From positions 5,761 to 69,760 of IMG/VR virus record IMGVR_UViG_3300046804_004104: 64,000 nucleotides of DNA; one strand, written 5' to 3'. The notes below the pieces were generated by a model. That model was not told the DNA's origin and did not search any database. It worked only from the letters and a program-made list of their open reading frames with translations. Numbering within the stretch: the stretch's first letter is position 1; each line of letters starts with the position of its first letter. The stretch is from a virus. Below, in pieces: positions 41,901-48,607 of this stretch. The translations under genes and the position numbers were made by a program.

Positions 41901-43288
41901 TTGGACTTACTGACTTTAAACAACAAATAGGATTAAGTGCTAAGAATTCTTTCCACAGAAGAGGTTCCACTACTGACTCCAACTATTGGGTTGGTTCTAT
42001 GGGATGGAGTAATACTGCATCCGCAGGCGCTAATGAAACATTCCATGGTGGTTCTGGATTCTTTGATATTTGGTCTGGTACTAACTTCCCATCCGGATTC
42101 TCGCATATTCATGGTATTAACATGCTTCACTATACTACCAACAGTTTTGGTAGTACTGGAGGAACTGCATATGGTTGGCAATTAGCTACGCAATATGATA
42201 GTGATGCTGGTCCATATTGGAGAAGATGTAATGCAGGCACCTTCACTGGATGGAGAAAGATCTGGCACGATACTAATGATGGTTCTGGATCTGGTCTTGA
42301 TGCTGACTTACTTGATGGATATAATTCATCTACATCTGCATCTGCAAGTACCGTTGCAGTAAGAGATACTGCTGGTGGAATCTATAATAAGTACTATTAT
42401 TCTCCAGATCAAGGTGGTAATAGTGGATTATCAAGATCTTCTTATCCTTATGGATTTGGTTTCCAAGAAACTGGCGCATGGTCGGGTACATATCCAGATT
42501 TAGTTCTTCAATATCACACTGGACTAACTCTTGCTGCTTATACTGGTTATGATGGGATCAGATTTAAGAGAGATTATAATGATGATACTCTCAACTTCCA
42601 GGTTAATGGTAGTTCTAATTATATTTACAAATATGTTTGGGAGTATACTAATACAAATGGTTACTATTCAGATACCAATAGTGCTCACTGGTATCCAAAT
42701 AATGCTTCCAGTTATGGATCTTGGAGACAAGATGGTTCTAGAAATGGTTGGTATGGCACAGCATATAACGCTACAAATACACCAAACTTAATGTTTGATA
42801 ATGCTGGTAATGGTCGTGGTGGTATTTATTGGGAAGGTGGTGGAAGATGGGCATTATTCTATGATCATAGTAATAATTCTCTTGGTATTTGTGCTTCTAC
42901 AACTTCTTCTTCTTATCAATTATATGTTTCTGGTAATGCTTATGCGACTGGAACAATCACTGCTGCATCTGACGCAAGGAAGAAGACTGAAATTGAAACC
43001 GTCACTAATGCACTTGATAAGGTCAATCAACTTCGCGGTGTAACATATAAGAGAATTGATCTTAAAGAAGATTCTCCTCGTTACGATAAAGTTGAACTTG
43101 GTGTAATTGCTCAAGAAGTTGAACCAATTGTTCCAGAAGTTGTTAGTTATGCGCCTGATGTCGATGAATATGCAGTTGCATATGGAAACTTTGCCGGATT
43201 GTTTATTGAAGCGATCAAGGAACAAACCCAGATTATAAATAGTTTGAAGGCAGAAATTGAACAACTTAAGAATAAATTAGGAGAATAA
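32960..43288 (+). CDS. giant tail fibre / receptor-binding protein (3442 aa) with C-terminal peptidase S74 intramolecular chaperone
   Basis: N-terminal VQLRRGTTAEH..FTGAEGELTIDT anchor motif, beta-helix-type entry (IYVS..NGSD..DG..PVKTIKKA), GSGSGLDADLLDG fibre motif, and SDARKKTEI...ALDKVNQLRGVTY...LGVIAQEVE from 42968 followed by a coiled coil. Confidence 0.9.
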   Translation: MTKQVQLRRGTTAEHAIFTGAEGELTIDTTLDIAVVHDGTTVGGRPLVGAAATQTITNKTGVGIGTSSLQDQNELRVIGDVRVKGDVNSRSLTVRYEDPIQRSGILTGTSSNKIIGVATNNIRVGYAVSGTYIGSGVSVTSLGIGTVYLAIGTNTTNVTNDFSGVSTGNFLTSNGTTIIGVNTALVSVGYGVSGTGVLSNTTVTGISSLNGGLVTISQASTGTLGITTRTGTSSGIGTTSITSITTTSLALGDYVDYPGSAGVATITSIGVNQINVSVGLGTSGSTSFTFSRVVNFAFINLGFTTDFAFVDPYMGQANIDVLNVNNATIQQLNLTQLNGGDLNLNSTNTNIAKINSGIITTAYIDAGNINVGIATTMIVDNNYMNVGIATTMVVTAANLDLAYVNVGIGTTVGIQSARLDNAYISVGIGTTVGIQSARLDNAYTSVGLATYFNVTGFTTIANYVNGVYDPNSNVTIGVGKPYNVATVVGTLGTSYSGVGTNFIAGVGTDRITGISTNKIVRSIQATGVATEYSTGTYVSVASTTNGSGTGARFNLTVSGGDITSISVERGGSGYLIGDRIYLNASATGIGLTPPTLGISSIKVITVTGVSTLGVGNDISGNYVQYGTVISGIETGVVLLSQYTTNTTVSSNQSFVSGPKSTINLDVTGNARVTGILTVGVSSITLDGGTSQITGVDQIRSREFSASQRVVVDYPIVTTYTGTLAYASTTIITGVATANIQVGYAVTNDYLLPGTAVAAIGNSSITITGFAQNVAPTQTTSGYIESVNGNKIAGVNTSNIFVGSAATGTYIPNGTTVSSIGIGSITLSANTTSPVGEKVYQGTLSATGVSTITGIATSGIVAGENVYAANYILPGTTVVSVGSSSITLSQPPSQVGVVTQTYAFRKIDTYQFVYAAGAVVTDAFYFEDAYSGISTIPNLKGRNLIFSGIGSFDTVIADTTIITSGLIVENINVPGVGTIGVLEASVGVVTDISGTNISYSGIGSIGNVKIGYGNTDFLVTGNARITGVLTVGQGSVTISGNNNEIVGASNLNSRSGIVTFLEGSNLNYTGVSTLNKVGLSTLSFVGVNTQTLLPNDVTFKLSPAGIATNYTLTLPPDRGRDGMVLTVDTFGNLGFATAGLYENRIYVSAANGSDTYDGKTRPVKTIKKAAQLASFESFVLPGGRYLDAANLLTLNKSFIQDEVVGFVTATYPGITTSAGYATSTCRRDVGYIVDALAYDLTYGGNSKSVGAGVSYWLGVGGTSYVEGERIETADAFSHIVDISKYIINNVTIADPGGRYDDASRLLTLNKNYIAAEAVGYVTAIYPGLLSNPTYSRTKCIRDVGYIVDALAYDVKYGGNYKSVGAGVSYWSGLGTSYVTGEQVETVAAFRYIAGISSYIINNITVPVSYQVGVGSTAQVKDLSIAYDPLANPVGYATTGCANVRSNINNLVGIITTIVGQGVSFAPAINRPVGLYQTASFQSYDLTIAYDESVGLFYTSTACADVQSSIASLVGIITSIVGLGTTAAPTVTTPTSKSQPVAIIVEAGEYEEDNPIILYEDVAVIGDNLRNTIIRPLNAGKDLLRVRNGCYLTGFAMKDYADAAGVPQFTFDNAVAFDDPEDPYVSRAGYAVKTGKSVITRSPYIQNCSILSFLGANGMLVDGSKVLSPNIPIIPEEAELAPDQIQPEQGKSMVAAAFTMVSFGGIGWRVINDGYSQVVSCFQIFCRYGSLAQSGGYLSITNSATNFGYYALRATGFNANSFVFDRGRVAATGTAGGYQTLVAIGVGRSEQDLYVTRFFNDSFSDQTANFKPLVVTKEFNAATDVDINNNIFNITAHGFNNADSVVYLGDEGVIPPRVIGGLVNQNQYYIQVIDTNSFKVYEDNSFTRLVDLTSTTTGINTFTKNNQEFYVKEIIPSGTHNQYQAVGLASTSSTIRFVSGRQVTQTVTGGSAVGFALTYNSSTRVVILSVEAISGVRKNFAVTGGANGNISDHSPVPVSIAATSVTGISTYWTINFKVESTVAGTQIIGISSLPETYRIHFHRPSIVNSSSHTWEYSGSGIDYNALPQNGGKTVTSSQQVSELGGRVYTSGTNELGDFLIGDFITAYNRTGNIIFNNTVTIGTLDSIRLSLSGGIQIEEFSADVGLGDNEIGGPLNKRVSTQLAVRSFLSNRLGSFIDKTVSTNAVPSAVVQLNSIGQINADLIPPKVVNYFRTIYAGGKTSLANRIPASNIQSGDTVVEPINAYVLVSDVLSQYIILSDSGTYNFQNGDTVTGTVSQGGAIGLVTTPPYTTGGAIGYGTTGLVKGVGLTLNTLAGGSGYSVAGIYSGVQALRTTGIGTGMSLNVTVSAAGTVSAVAIETGGKGYAVGDYVTVAPANVGGRTGGSDFTIRIGTVETRLYLKLTNNQKFLGSTSLPDYISDRNAVSISTNVSVATTATFTGTSYDVGGSVDFINDRVIVGASNTIFTDGDAVRYYSTGNVVEPLILLDTYYVKRVGLTSVELYDSYALSSKVNLTASGTGSHTLTRLGINTTTDQICFVNHGFTQGDPVKITVGNGNVTPIGITTDGFYFIGSRTTNTFTLHLTRSDALLSANGLLYNTVDITGVGTAGIVSFTKQNITYTSTVNTSSTDETNWALLATSTVDAANIVSGTVSPSRLGSGSANSQTFLRGDSSYQKVVMSVGIGTTQPIGVTATSTDFAPNGVGINTYYGNVRLTLNRVYPSLDVYSTLGIAAFKNSTFGISTTGSGEVYIKTTSQGGDVDAATFNGNAASYYLDINNIIGNIPITRGGTGLQALPSSGAILIGNGSSYNLTATPTFTGSITFAGISNAIAMPANSDITFTTGPTWTGEKAAKIQYYNSSLYLQYTTSGIWRNSSGSNTFTIDSSGNTTVIGTLQGTRLISTIATGTAPLTVTSTTRVDNLNVQYLSGLPLNTSGRANNANEVVRTDGSGYIQAGWINTTSGDLGVGNLLDRVYCSNDGYVRYLGLTDFKQQIGLSAKNSFHRRGSTTDSNYWVGSMGWSNTASAGANETFHGGSGFFDIWSGTNFPSGFSHIHGINMLHYTTNSFGSTGGTAYGWQLATQYDSDAGPYWRRCNAGTFTGWRKIWHDTNDGSGSGLDADLLDGYNSSTSASASTVAVRDTAGGIYNKYYYSPDQGGNSGLSRSSYPYGFGFQETGAWSGTYPDLVLQYHTGLTLAAYTGYDGIRFKRDYNDDTLNFQVNGSSNYIYKYVWEYTNTNGYYSDTNSAHWYPNNASSYGSWRQDGSRNGWYGTAYNATNTPNLMFDNAGNGRGGIYWEGGGRWALFYDHSNNSLGICASTTSSSYQLYVSGNAYATGTITAASDARKKTEIETVTNALDKVNQLRGVTYKRIDLKEDSPRYDKVELGVIAQEVEPIVPEVVSYAPDVDEYAVAYGNFAGLFIEAIKEQTQIINSLKAEIEQLKNKLGE
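34163..34300 (+). repeat. 60-nt (20-aa) tandem coding repeat in tail fibre
   Basis: VGIGTTVGIQSARLDNAY occurs twice plus a partial copy, with a visible 60-nt period. Confidence 0.85.
36500..37555 (+). other. two nested phycobiliprotein-like helical domains inserted in the tail fibre
   Basis: TCRRDVGYIVDALAYDLTYGG (Cys 36629) and KCIRDVGYIVDALAYDVKYGG (36971); terminal helices GCANVRSNINNLVGIIT (37274) and ACADVQSSIASLVGIIT (37460). Confidence 0.6.
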
Positions 43289-43289
43289 T

Positions 43290-43724
43290 ATGGCACTAAT
43301 CAGAGACTTTGAACTTCCAAATACCGGAGTCACCGTTAGTAATGCATATCATTTAATTGTGAATGTGGCTACAGAAAAAAGACTTGTGGATGTACCAGTT
43401 CCACCAGATTCAAATCATCCAACAGGGCTTACTGATGGTGGACATAGTGGAGATCCAGTATATTGGAAAGCTGGTTATGTTGCTAGAATTGCTTTAGAAG
43501 TTTATGCTTCTAAAGAAGCTAGAGACGAAGGAAAAACTCCAATTGGGGCAATTGGAGTAAATCCAACTGATGTTATGCATCCCGATTTAAAAACAGTAAC
43601 TACTCCTGGAAAAGATTTTAAAGTAATGTTCTTTGTTGATCCAGAAAGTCCTGATAGTTTACTAACACAAGCATATAATCATCTAAAAACTACTGAATAT
43701 TATAAAGATGCTGAGGAGGTTTGA
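43290..43724 (+). CDS. hypothetical protein downstream of tail fibre (possible fibre assembly factor)
   Basis: 144 aa, AGGAG SD, starts 1 nt after the fibre stop. Confidence 0.75.
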   Translation: MALIRDFELPNTGVTVSNAYHLIVNVATEKRLVDVPVPPDSNHPTGLTDGGHSGDPVYWKAGYVARIALEVYASKEARDEGKTPIGAIGVNPTDVMHPDLKTVTTPGKDFKVMFFVDPESPDSLLTQAYNHLKTTEYYKDAEEV

Positions 43725-43726
43725 AA

Positions 43727-43978
43727 ATGTCAATTACATATTCATATCCTAAACTTACTGAGGGACAAAAAACAGTTGTAGTTAGATTTGCAAATGATGA
43801 TGGTCTTGAACTTACTAAAGTTGTAAATATTCCTTATAATTCTGATGGATCTTTAAACGAAAGTTATTTTCAAGAAATTCTTGAAGGTCAACTCAGAAGT
43901 GTTGAATATAAAGTAAGTGTTGGATCACTTGAGTTTGGTGAACCTGAACCAGAAAATACTTATGTTCCTCCAATGTGA
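43727..43978 (+). CDS. hypothetical protein
   Basis: ORF with GAGGAGG SD upstream; ATG at 43727 (alternative TTG at 43721). Confidence 0.75.
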   Translation: MSITYSYPKLTEGQKTVVVRFANDDGLELTKVVNIPYNSDGSLNESYFQEILEGQLRSVEYKVSVGSLEFGEPEPENTYVPPM

Positions 43979-44005
43979 GAAGAACATATTTATTTTGAAG
44001 AATAG

Positions 44006-44013
44006 TATAAATA
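44006..44013 (+). promoter_or_regulatory. late promoter TATAAATA
   Basis: Exact consensus, followed by AGGAGG SD and ATG 44037. Confidence 0.85.
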
Positions 44014-44036
44014 ACTAATAGATAGGAGGTTCAAGT

Positions 44037-44210
44037 ATGGCAATTACTATTGGTCAAGGTGGTAACGGAGTAATTATGTCAAGTGATGCTACTATTACTA
44101 GTAATACGACTTTAACCACCAGTCAAAATTGGGCTAGTATTGGACCAATCACGATTAATAGTGGCGTCACGGTTACCGTGAACTCTGGTGCTTATTGGAC
44201 TATAATTTGA
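44037..44210 (+). CDS. 57-aa beta-strand-rich tail-type protein with GPITI motif (not in ORF track)
   Basis: MAITIGQGGNGVIMSSDATITSNTTLTTSQNWASIGPITINSGVTVTVNSGAYWTII; perfect promoter and AGGAGG SD. Confidence 0.85.
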   Translation: MAITIGQGGNGVIMSSDATITSNTTLTTSQNWASIGPITINSGVTVTVNSGAYWTII

Positions 44211-44220
44211 GGTATTATAA

Positions 44221-44784
44221 ATGAGTACTTTATATACTAATAATATTATTAGTCCTGAGTCTAGCACTCCAATATTACAGTCCACTGGTAATATTGTTCA
44301 ATGTAGTAGAGTCAGATATGACTCTAGAACTACTTGGTCATCCAATCCTACTGGAAATGGTACAGAAATAACGGGACTTAGATTAACTATTTCTCCTAGA
44401 CATAGTGGAAATTTATTATTATGTCAATGGGTACTTTCTGGAGAATTAGCTCATGATAATGTATTTCTGGTTTTTAGAGATGGTGGACTAATTACTACAG
44501 GTGGAGAACAGGGATATAATAACGAAGTTGGCAACGCAAGATGGTCTGGATTTATTTCCTCTACATACGACTCCGCTAATGACCAAAATTCCACCCCCCA
44601 CCATTGGTATATTCAATATTTTTGTAATGCAGATTCAACAGCTTCAAGATTTTATTCTCCAGCTGTAAGAAAATCAGATGGAGGTTCTGATACTCTTCAT
44701 TTAAATAGAACTTATGGTTCTGGTGGGCAGGATGGTTTTGAAATAACCGTGAGTACTGGCGTAATTTACGAAATTACCAGATAA
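44221..44784 (+). CDS. putative tail-tip / receptor-binding subunit, paralogue 1
   Basis: Shares QW.L..E, D..STP and NRT..S.GQ...E...G..[FY]EI motifs with the next two ORFs. Confidence 0.65.
   Translation: MSTLYTNNIISPESSTPILQSTGNIVQCSRVRYDSRTTWSSNPTGNGTEITGLRLTISPRHSGNLLLCQWVLSGELAHDNVFLVFRDGGLITTGGEQGYNNEVGNARWSGFISSTYDSANDQNSTPHHWYIQYFCNADSTASRFYSPAVRKSDGGSDTLHLNRTYGSGGQDGFEITVSTGVIYEITR
44512..44550 (+). repeat. 39-nt exact direct repeat, copy 1 (copy 2 at 45677-45715)
   Basis: GGATATAATAACGAAGTTGGCAACGCAAGATGGTCTGGA read identically at both positions. Confidence 0.9.
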
Positions 44785-44795
44785 GGAGAAAAACA

Positions 44796-45386
44796 ATGAG
44801 TTTCGTTTACGCAGATAGAATTACAGATACTAGTGGAAACATAACTGTTCCTCCATATGGTGGGGTAATTAATACCAGTACGATGCGTTATGATGGTCGT
44901 CCTGGATATTGGACAAGAGGTTGGATTCAATATGATAATAATGGTACATTATTTGCGTTAAGATTGACGGCAAGTAATGTACAACATCCAAATAATATTC
45001 TTGTTGCTTCTTGGCAACTAACTATGGAAACTGACAATAATACTGTCTTTAGAATTTTAAAAAATGGTTCTTGGGAAGATAATAGTTTTGGTACAAGTTC
45101 TTCAATGGCACCTTCAGATGAATGGTATTGGAAAGGGCTTTTGTGTGCTTATCATGATGGAGACAATGCTTCAACTCCATCAAATTATCAACTTTTATAC
45201 ATGGGAAGAGCTGGAACTACAGGAAATATAAATTTAGATATTGTTGCAATGAACTCCGCTGATAGTAATTATAACCTTTATATTAATAGAACTTGGAATA
45301 GTGGCGGACAGGATAGTTATGAAGTTGGAGTATGCACTGGTGTTGTTTTTGAAATTTCACACGAACAAGGAGGAATAGAAAGATGA
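44796..45386 (+). CDS. putative tail-tip / receptor-binding subunit, paralogue 2
   Basis: AAGGAG SD; DNASTP and YINRTWNSGGQDSYEVGVCTGVVFEI motifs shared with neighbours. Confidence 0.65.
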   Translation: MSFVYADRITDTSGNITVPPYGGVINTSTMRYDGRPGYWTRGWIQYDNNGTLFALRLTASNVQHPNNILVASWQLTMETDNNTVFRILKNGSWEDNSFGTSSSMAPSDEWYWKGLLCAYHDGDNASTPSNYQLLYMGRAGTTGNINLDIVAMNSADSNYNLYINRTWNSGGQDSYEVGVCTGVVFEISHEQGGIER

Positions 45387-45943
45387 GTACCCAACTTAGA
45401 GTTAATGATATTTACAATCTTGCTGGAAAAAGACTTTCCGCTTCTGGCGTTGGGAATGTAGTTTCTTCCGATTTTACACAAACTTGTGAGCCATATCTAG
45501 TTTATACTAGAAATAGTGGTAATGGTACAAGATTTAATGCATTATCTCTTTCAGTAACACCAAAAAAATCTACTAATATTTTAGTAATGCAATGGGTTTT
45601 GACTGGAGAAGTTAGTTGGGATGAAGTCCTTCTTCTACACAGAAATGACTCCTTGATCACTGATGCTGGTCAACAAGGATATAATAACGAAGTTGGCAAC
45701 GCAAGATGGTCTGGACTTATTGGAGGTTGGTATGATAGGGATAATTCATCAACCCCACAGTCATTCAAATTAACTTATCATTGTGTAGCTAATACCACAA
45801 GTCCACTATACTTCACTCCCGCTGTTAGATCTTCACAAAGTTCTGAAAACTGGTGGAGACTTAATAGAACATGGAACAGTAATGGACAAAATGCTTACGA
45901 AAGAACTTGTTCATTGGGATACCTATTTGAAATAGGAACCTGA
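45383..45943 (+). CDS. putative tail-tip / receptor-binding subunit, paralogue 3
   Basis: ATGA overlap with paralogue 2; DNSSTP and LNRTWNSNGQNAYERTCSLGYLFEI. Confidence 0.65.
   Translation: MSTQLRVNDIYNLAGKRLSASGVGNVVSSDFTQTCEPYLVYTRNSGNGTRFNALSLSVTPKKSTNILVMQWVLTGEVSWDEVLLLHRNDSLITDAGQQGYNNEVGNARWSGLIGGWYDRDNSSTPQSFKLTYHCVANTTSPLYFTPAVRSSQSSENWWRLNRTWNSNGQNAYERTCSLGYLFEIGT
45677..45715 (+). repeat. 39-nt exact direct repeat, copy 2
   Basis: Identical to 44512-44550. Confidence 0.9.
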
Positions 45944-45945
45944 TT

Positions 45946-45953
45946 CATAAATA
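45946..45953 (+). promoter_or_regulatory. late promoter CATAAATA
   Basis: In the gap before ATG 45981. Confidence 0.6.
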
Positions 45954-45980
45954 AATAAAACAAAAGATCAATTACTTCCG

Positions 45981-46352
45981 ATGACAAAATTTAATTTTAG
46001 AGATAATTTTAAAAGATTTCCAGAATATGCAGATGCAATCGTTGCACTAAGACCTGGTGCTGGATTTGGAATTAATATGAATGAGTATACATCATTATAT
46101 TGGGATCCAAGTAATGAAGGACAACCTCCTACTGAGGATGAAATTAAAGAAAAGTTAAAAGAATTAATTGCTGAATGGGAATTAAATGAATATAGAAGAC
46201 AGAGATATTTACAATTTGCTTCAGTAGAAGAACAATTAGCTTTACTTTGGGATGATCTTCATCTCGGTAATATTCCAGGAAAAGAAACATCTCTTTGGTA
46301 TACTCATGTTAAAGAGATAAAAGAACAATTCCCAAAACCAGAACAAGAATAA
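45981..46352 (+). CDS. XkdW-like / tail-fibre assembly-type small protein
   Basis: AIVALRPGA...W.......PTEDEI....EY.RQR....SVEEQL.LLWDD....W...VKEIKEQFPKP pattern typical of small genes following phage tail-tip genes. Confidence 0.6.
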   Translation: MTKFNFRDNFKRFPEYADAIVALRPGAGFGINMNEYTSLYWDPSNEGQPPTEDEIKEKLKELIAEWELNEYRRQRYLQFASVEEQLALLWDDLHLGNIPGKETSLWYTHVKEIKEQFPKPEQE

Positions 46353-46366
46353 TTAAATTATAAATT

Positions 46367-47077
46367 ATGATAAATCATGTTGTTATTGAAAATTGGTATA
46401 AAGATCCAGATGAAATACGAAATTTTGCTTTAAAAAAATTTGAAAACAATAAAAGTTTTGGTGAAAGTAAAGTAAATGATGATGGATATGGAGCATATCC
46501 TGGATATCGTTGCAAGTCTGATATAAAAAATCTACTAGAAAATAGAGATAGAATAGAAAAAAACTCTGGAATGAAAATAGATCCAAAAAGATGGATTTTC
46601 ATGAATGTTTGTGATTTCCAATCTGATTTGGATATGTTAGAATTTGATATGAATACAATGTCAATGAAAATTAAAGATTCTGATGTTGTTTTAAATATGA
46701 CCGAATCTTTATCTAATGGATGTTTTCAATATTGTGATAAAAATTCAACGATGTGGATTCATCCTGATCATGGGAATACTTATGCTGCAGTAGTATATCT
46801 GACTCCCAATCCACCAGAAGGAACTGGAACAGGGTTCTTTAAAAATAAAAAAACATCACAAGAATATCAAGAAAATTCAGAATTTGTTTTACCGAAAGAA
46901 GAATGTACAAACTTAGACAACTGGGAAATGGTTGATTATGTTGAAAATGTTTATAATAGATGTGTAATTTTTAACGCAAAAAGATTCCATTCAGCTACAA
47001 AATATTTTGGCACAACTCCAGAAGATTCAAGACTTTTTCAAGTATTCTTTTTTAATCAACTTAAAAATATAAATTAA
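46367..47077 (+). CDS. 2OG-Fe(II) oxygenase (DUF6445-like)
   Basis: HxD (WIHPD), AAVVYLTP.P..G.GT.FF, YNRCVIF...FHS distal His and RLFQVFFF Arg. Confidence 0.8.
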   Translation: MINHVVIENWYKDPDEIRNFALKKFENNKSFGESKVNDDGYGAYPGYRCKSDIKNLLENRDRIEKNSGMKIDPKRWIFMNVCDFQSDLDMLEFDMNTMSMKIKDSDVVLNMTESLSNGCFQYCDKNSTMWIHPDHGNTYAAVVYLTPNPPEGTGTGFFKNKKTSQEYQENSEFVLPKEECTNLDNWEMVDYVENVYNRCVIFNAKRFHSATKYFGTTPEDSRLFQVFFFNQLKNIN

Positions 47078-47093
47078 TTTTTTAACATTTATT

Positions 47094-47735
47094 ATGAACA
47101 TAGCTGAAATTTTTCCAACTCCTATATTTGTAGATAATTACACCGAAAAAGAAACCATAAAAAATTTGATTTTAAAGGAAATAAAAAAACAAAAACCAGA
47201 ACCTCATTTGTGTTCTCCACAACTACTTCATTATGGAAACACATCAGATGGTTCTATTTTTAGAAAAAAAGAGTTCAAATCATTTAAACAATGGTGTGAA
47301 AAATCCTGCGAAAAATTTATTACTGAAGTACTTGGATATAAATTGGAAGATGGAGTATTTGTAACGGATAGTTGGATCAATGTTTGTAATAAGGATGGAT
47401 TCCAACAACCGCATTTTCACACCAATTCTTTTATTTCTGGAACATATTATGTAAATTTTGATAAGGATCTAGGGCATTCCCCATTGACATTTCAATCACC
47501 CAGTTCTGCAAATTACATATCAAAGTCTTCAATAAGTTTAGAAAAAATTGTTCCAACTCCATATACAACAGATTCTAATTGTTATCCACAGAACGGTGAT
47601 TTAGTCCTTTGGCAATCACACTTACTTCATGGACATTTTGGTAATGAAGCTGATGATAGAATATCGGTTTCTATGAATTTTATGCCAAAAGTAATCAGTA
47701 CTGGTCAGTATGGATTTAGAGTTTCTCCTTACTAA
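47094..47735 (+). CDS. 2OG-Fe(II) oxygenase (TIGR02466-like)
   Basis: IFPTPI N-terminus, SWIN....G.Q.PHFH.NSFISGTYY, GDLVLWQSHLLHG and RISVSMN motifs. Confidence 0.85.
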   Translation: MNIAEIFPTPIFVDNYTEKETIKNLILKEIKKQKPEPHLCSPQLLHYGNTSDGSIFRKKEFKSFKQWCEKSCEKFITEVLGYKLEDGVFVTDSWINVCNKDGFQQPHFHTNSFISGTYYVNFDKDLGHSPLTFQSPSSANYISKSSISLEKIVPTPYTTDSNCYPQNGDLVLWQSHLLHGHFGNEADDRISVSMNFMPKVISTGQYGFRVSPY

Positions 47736-47737
47736 AT

Positions 47738-47745
47738 TATAAATA
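47738..47745 (+). promoter_or_regulatory. late promoter TATAAATA for gp13 operon
   Basis: Exact consensus 27 nt before the gp13 ATG. Confidence 0.85.
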
Positions 47746-47772
47746 CCTCTAGGAAACTAGGGGTATTTTTTT
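47741..47772 (+). terminator. terminator-like hairpin overlapping the late promoter and gp13 start region
   Basis: AAATACCTCTAG-GAAA-CTAGGGGTATTT (12 bp, one G-U pair) running into a T7 tract just before the ATG. Confidence 0.7.
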
Positions 47773-48606
47773 ATGGCGCAACCATCTAGTAGAGCGGAGT
47801 TGAAAGATTACTGCCTCAAACAACTAGGAAAGCCAGTTTTAGAAATAAATGTAGATGACGATCAAATTGATAACTTAATTGATGATGCAATTCAATATTA
47901 TCATGAGCGTCATTTTGATGGAATTGATCGTGTATTTTTAAAACATAAACTCACTCCTGCAACTAAAACAACCTTAGCTCAACCAGGTCCAGTAGGTTCT
48001 GCAACTACATCTTCCCCAGAAGTTGTCGGAGCCGGATTAACTTCTCTTACTTATGTTGAAGGGGTTAATTATCTCCCACTTCCAGATAGTATTATTGGCG
48101 TAAATAATATCCTCAAAATTAATTCCAGTACTATATCAGACGGTCTTTTCAATATTAAATATCAGTTGTTTTTAAATGATGTTTATTATTATGGTGCATT
48201 AGATCTCTTGAATTATGCAATGGTCAAAAGATATCTTGAAGATTTGGATTTTCTCCTAAATCCTCATGCACAAATCAGATTTAATAAGAAGAATCATAAA
48301 CTATATCTTGATATTGATTGGTCTCAGGTTGGGGAAAATGAATATGTAATTATCGATTGTTATAGGATCGTGGATCCTTCAGATGCACCAAAACTCTACA
48401 ACGATTGGTGGTTGAAGAAATACCTCACAGCTTTAATTAAAAAACAGTGGGGACAGAATATGATTAAGTTTAATGGTGTACTTCTTCCAGGTGGAGTTCA
48501 ACTGAATGGGAGACAGATTTATGATGATGGTGTTGCCGAAGTAGAAAAGTTAGAACAACAACTTAAGGATGAGTACGAATTACCACCACTGGATCTCATA
48601 GGTTGA
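47773..48606 (+). CDS. gp13: neck protein gp13
   Basis: P.SR.ELKDYCL.QLGKPVLEINVDDDQI.....DAIQYY.ERHFDG; WLKKYLTALIKKQWGQN..KF.G..LPGGV.LNG. Confidence 0.95.
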   Translation: MAQPSSRAELKDYCLKQLGKPVLEINVDDDQIDNLIDDAIQYYHERHFDGIDRVFLKHKLTPATKTTLAQPGPVGSATTSSPEVVGAGLTSLTYVEGVNYLPLPDSIIGVNNILKINSSTISDGLFNIKYQLFLNDVYYYGALDLLNYAMVKRYLEDLDFLLNPHAQIRFNKKNHKLYLDIDWSQVGENEYVIIDCYRIVDPSDAPKLYNDWWLKKYLTALIKKQWGQNMIKFNGVLLPGGVQLNGRQIYDDGVAEVEKLEQQLKDEYELPPLDLIG

Positions 48607-48607
48607 T

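Noticed and set aside
44221-45943. Diversity-generating retroelement or invertible tail cassette
   Set aside because: The repeat is exact with no adenine-specific mismatches, copies are direct not inverted, and no reverse transcriptase or invertase is in the window.
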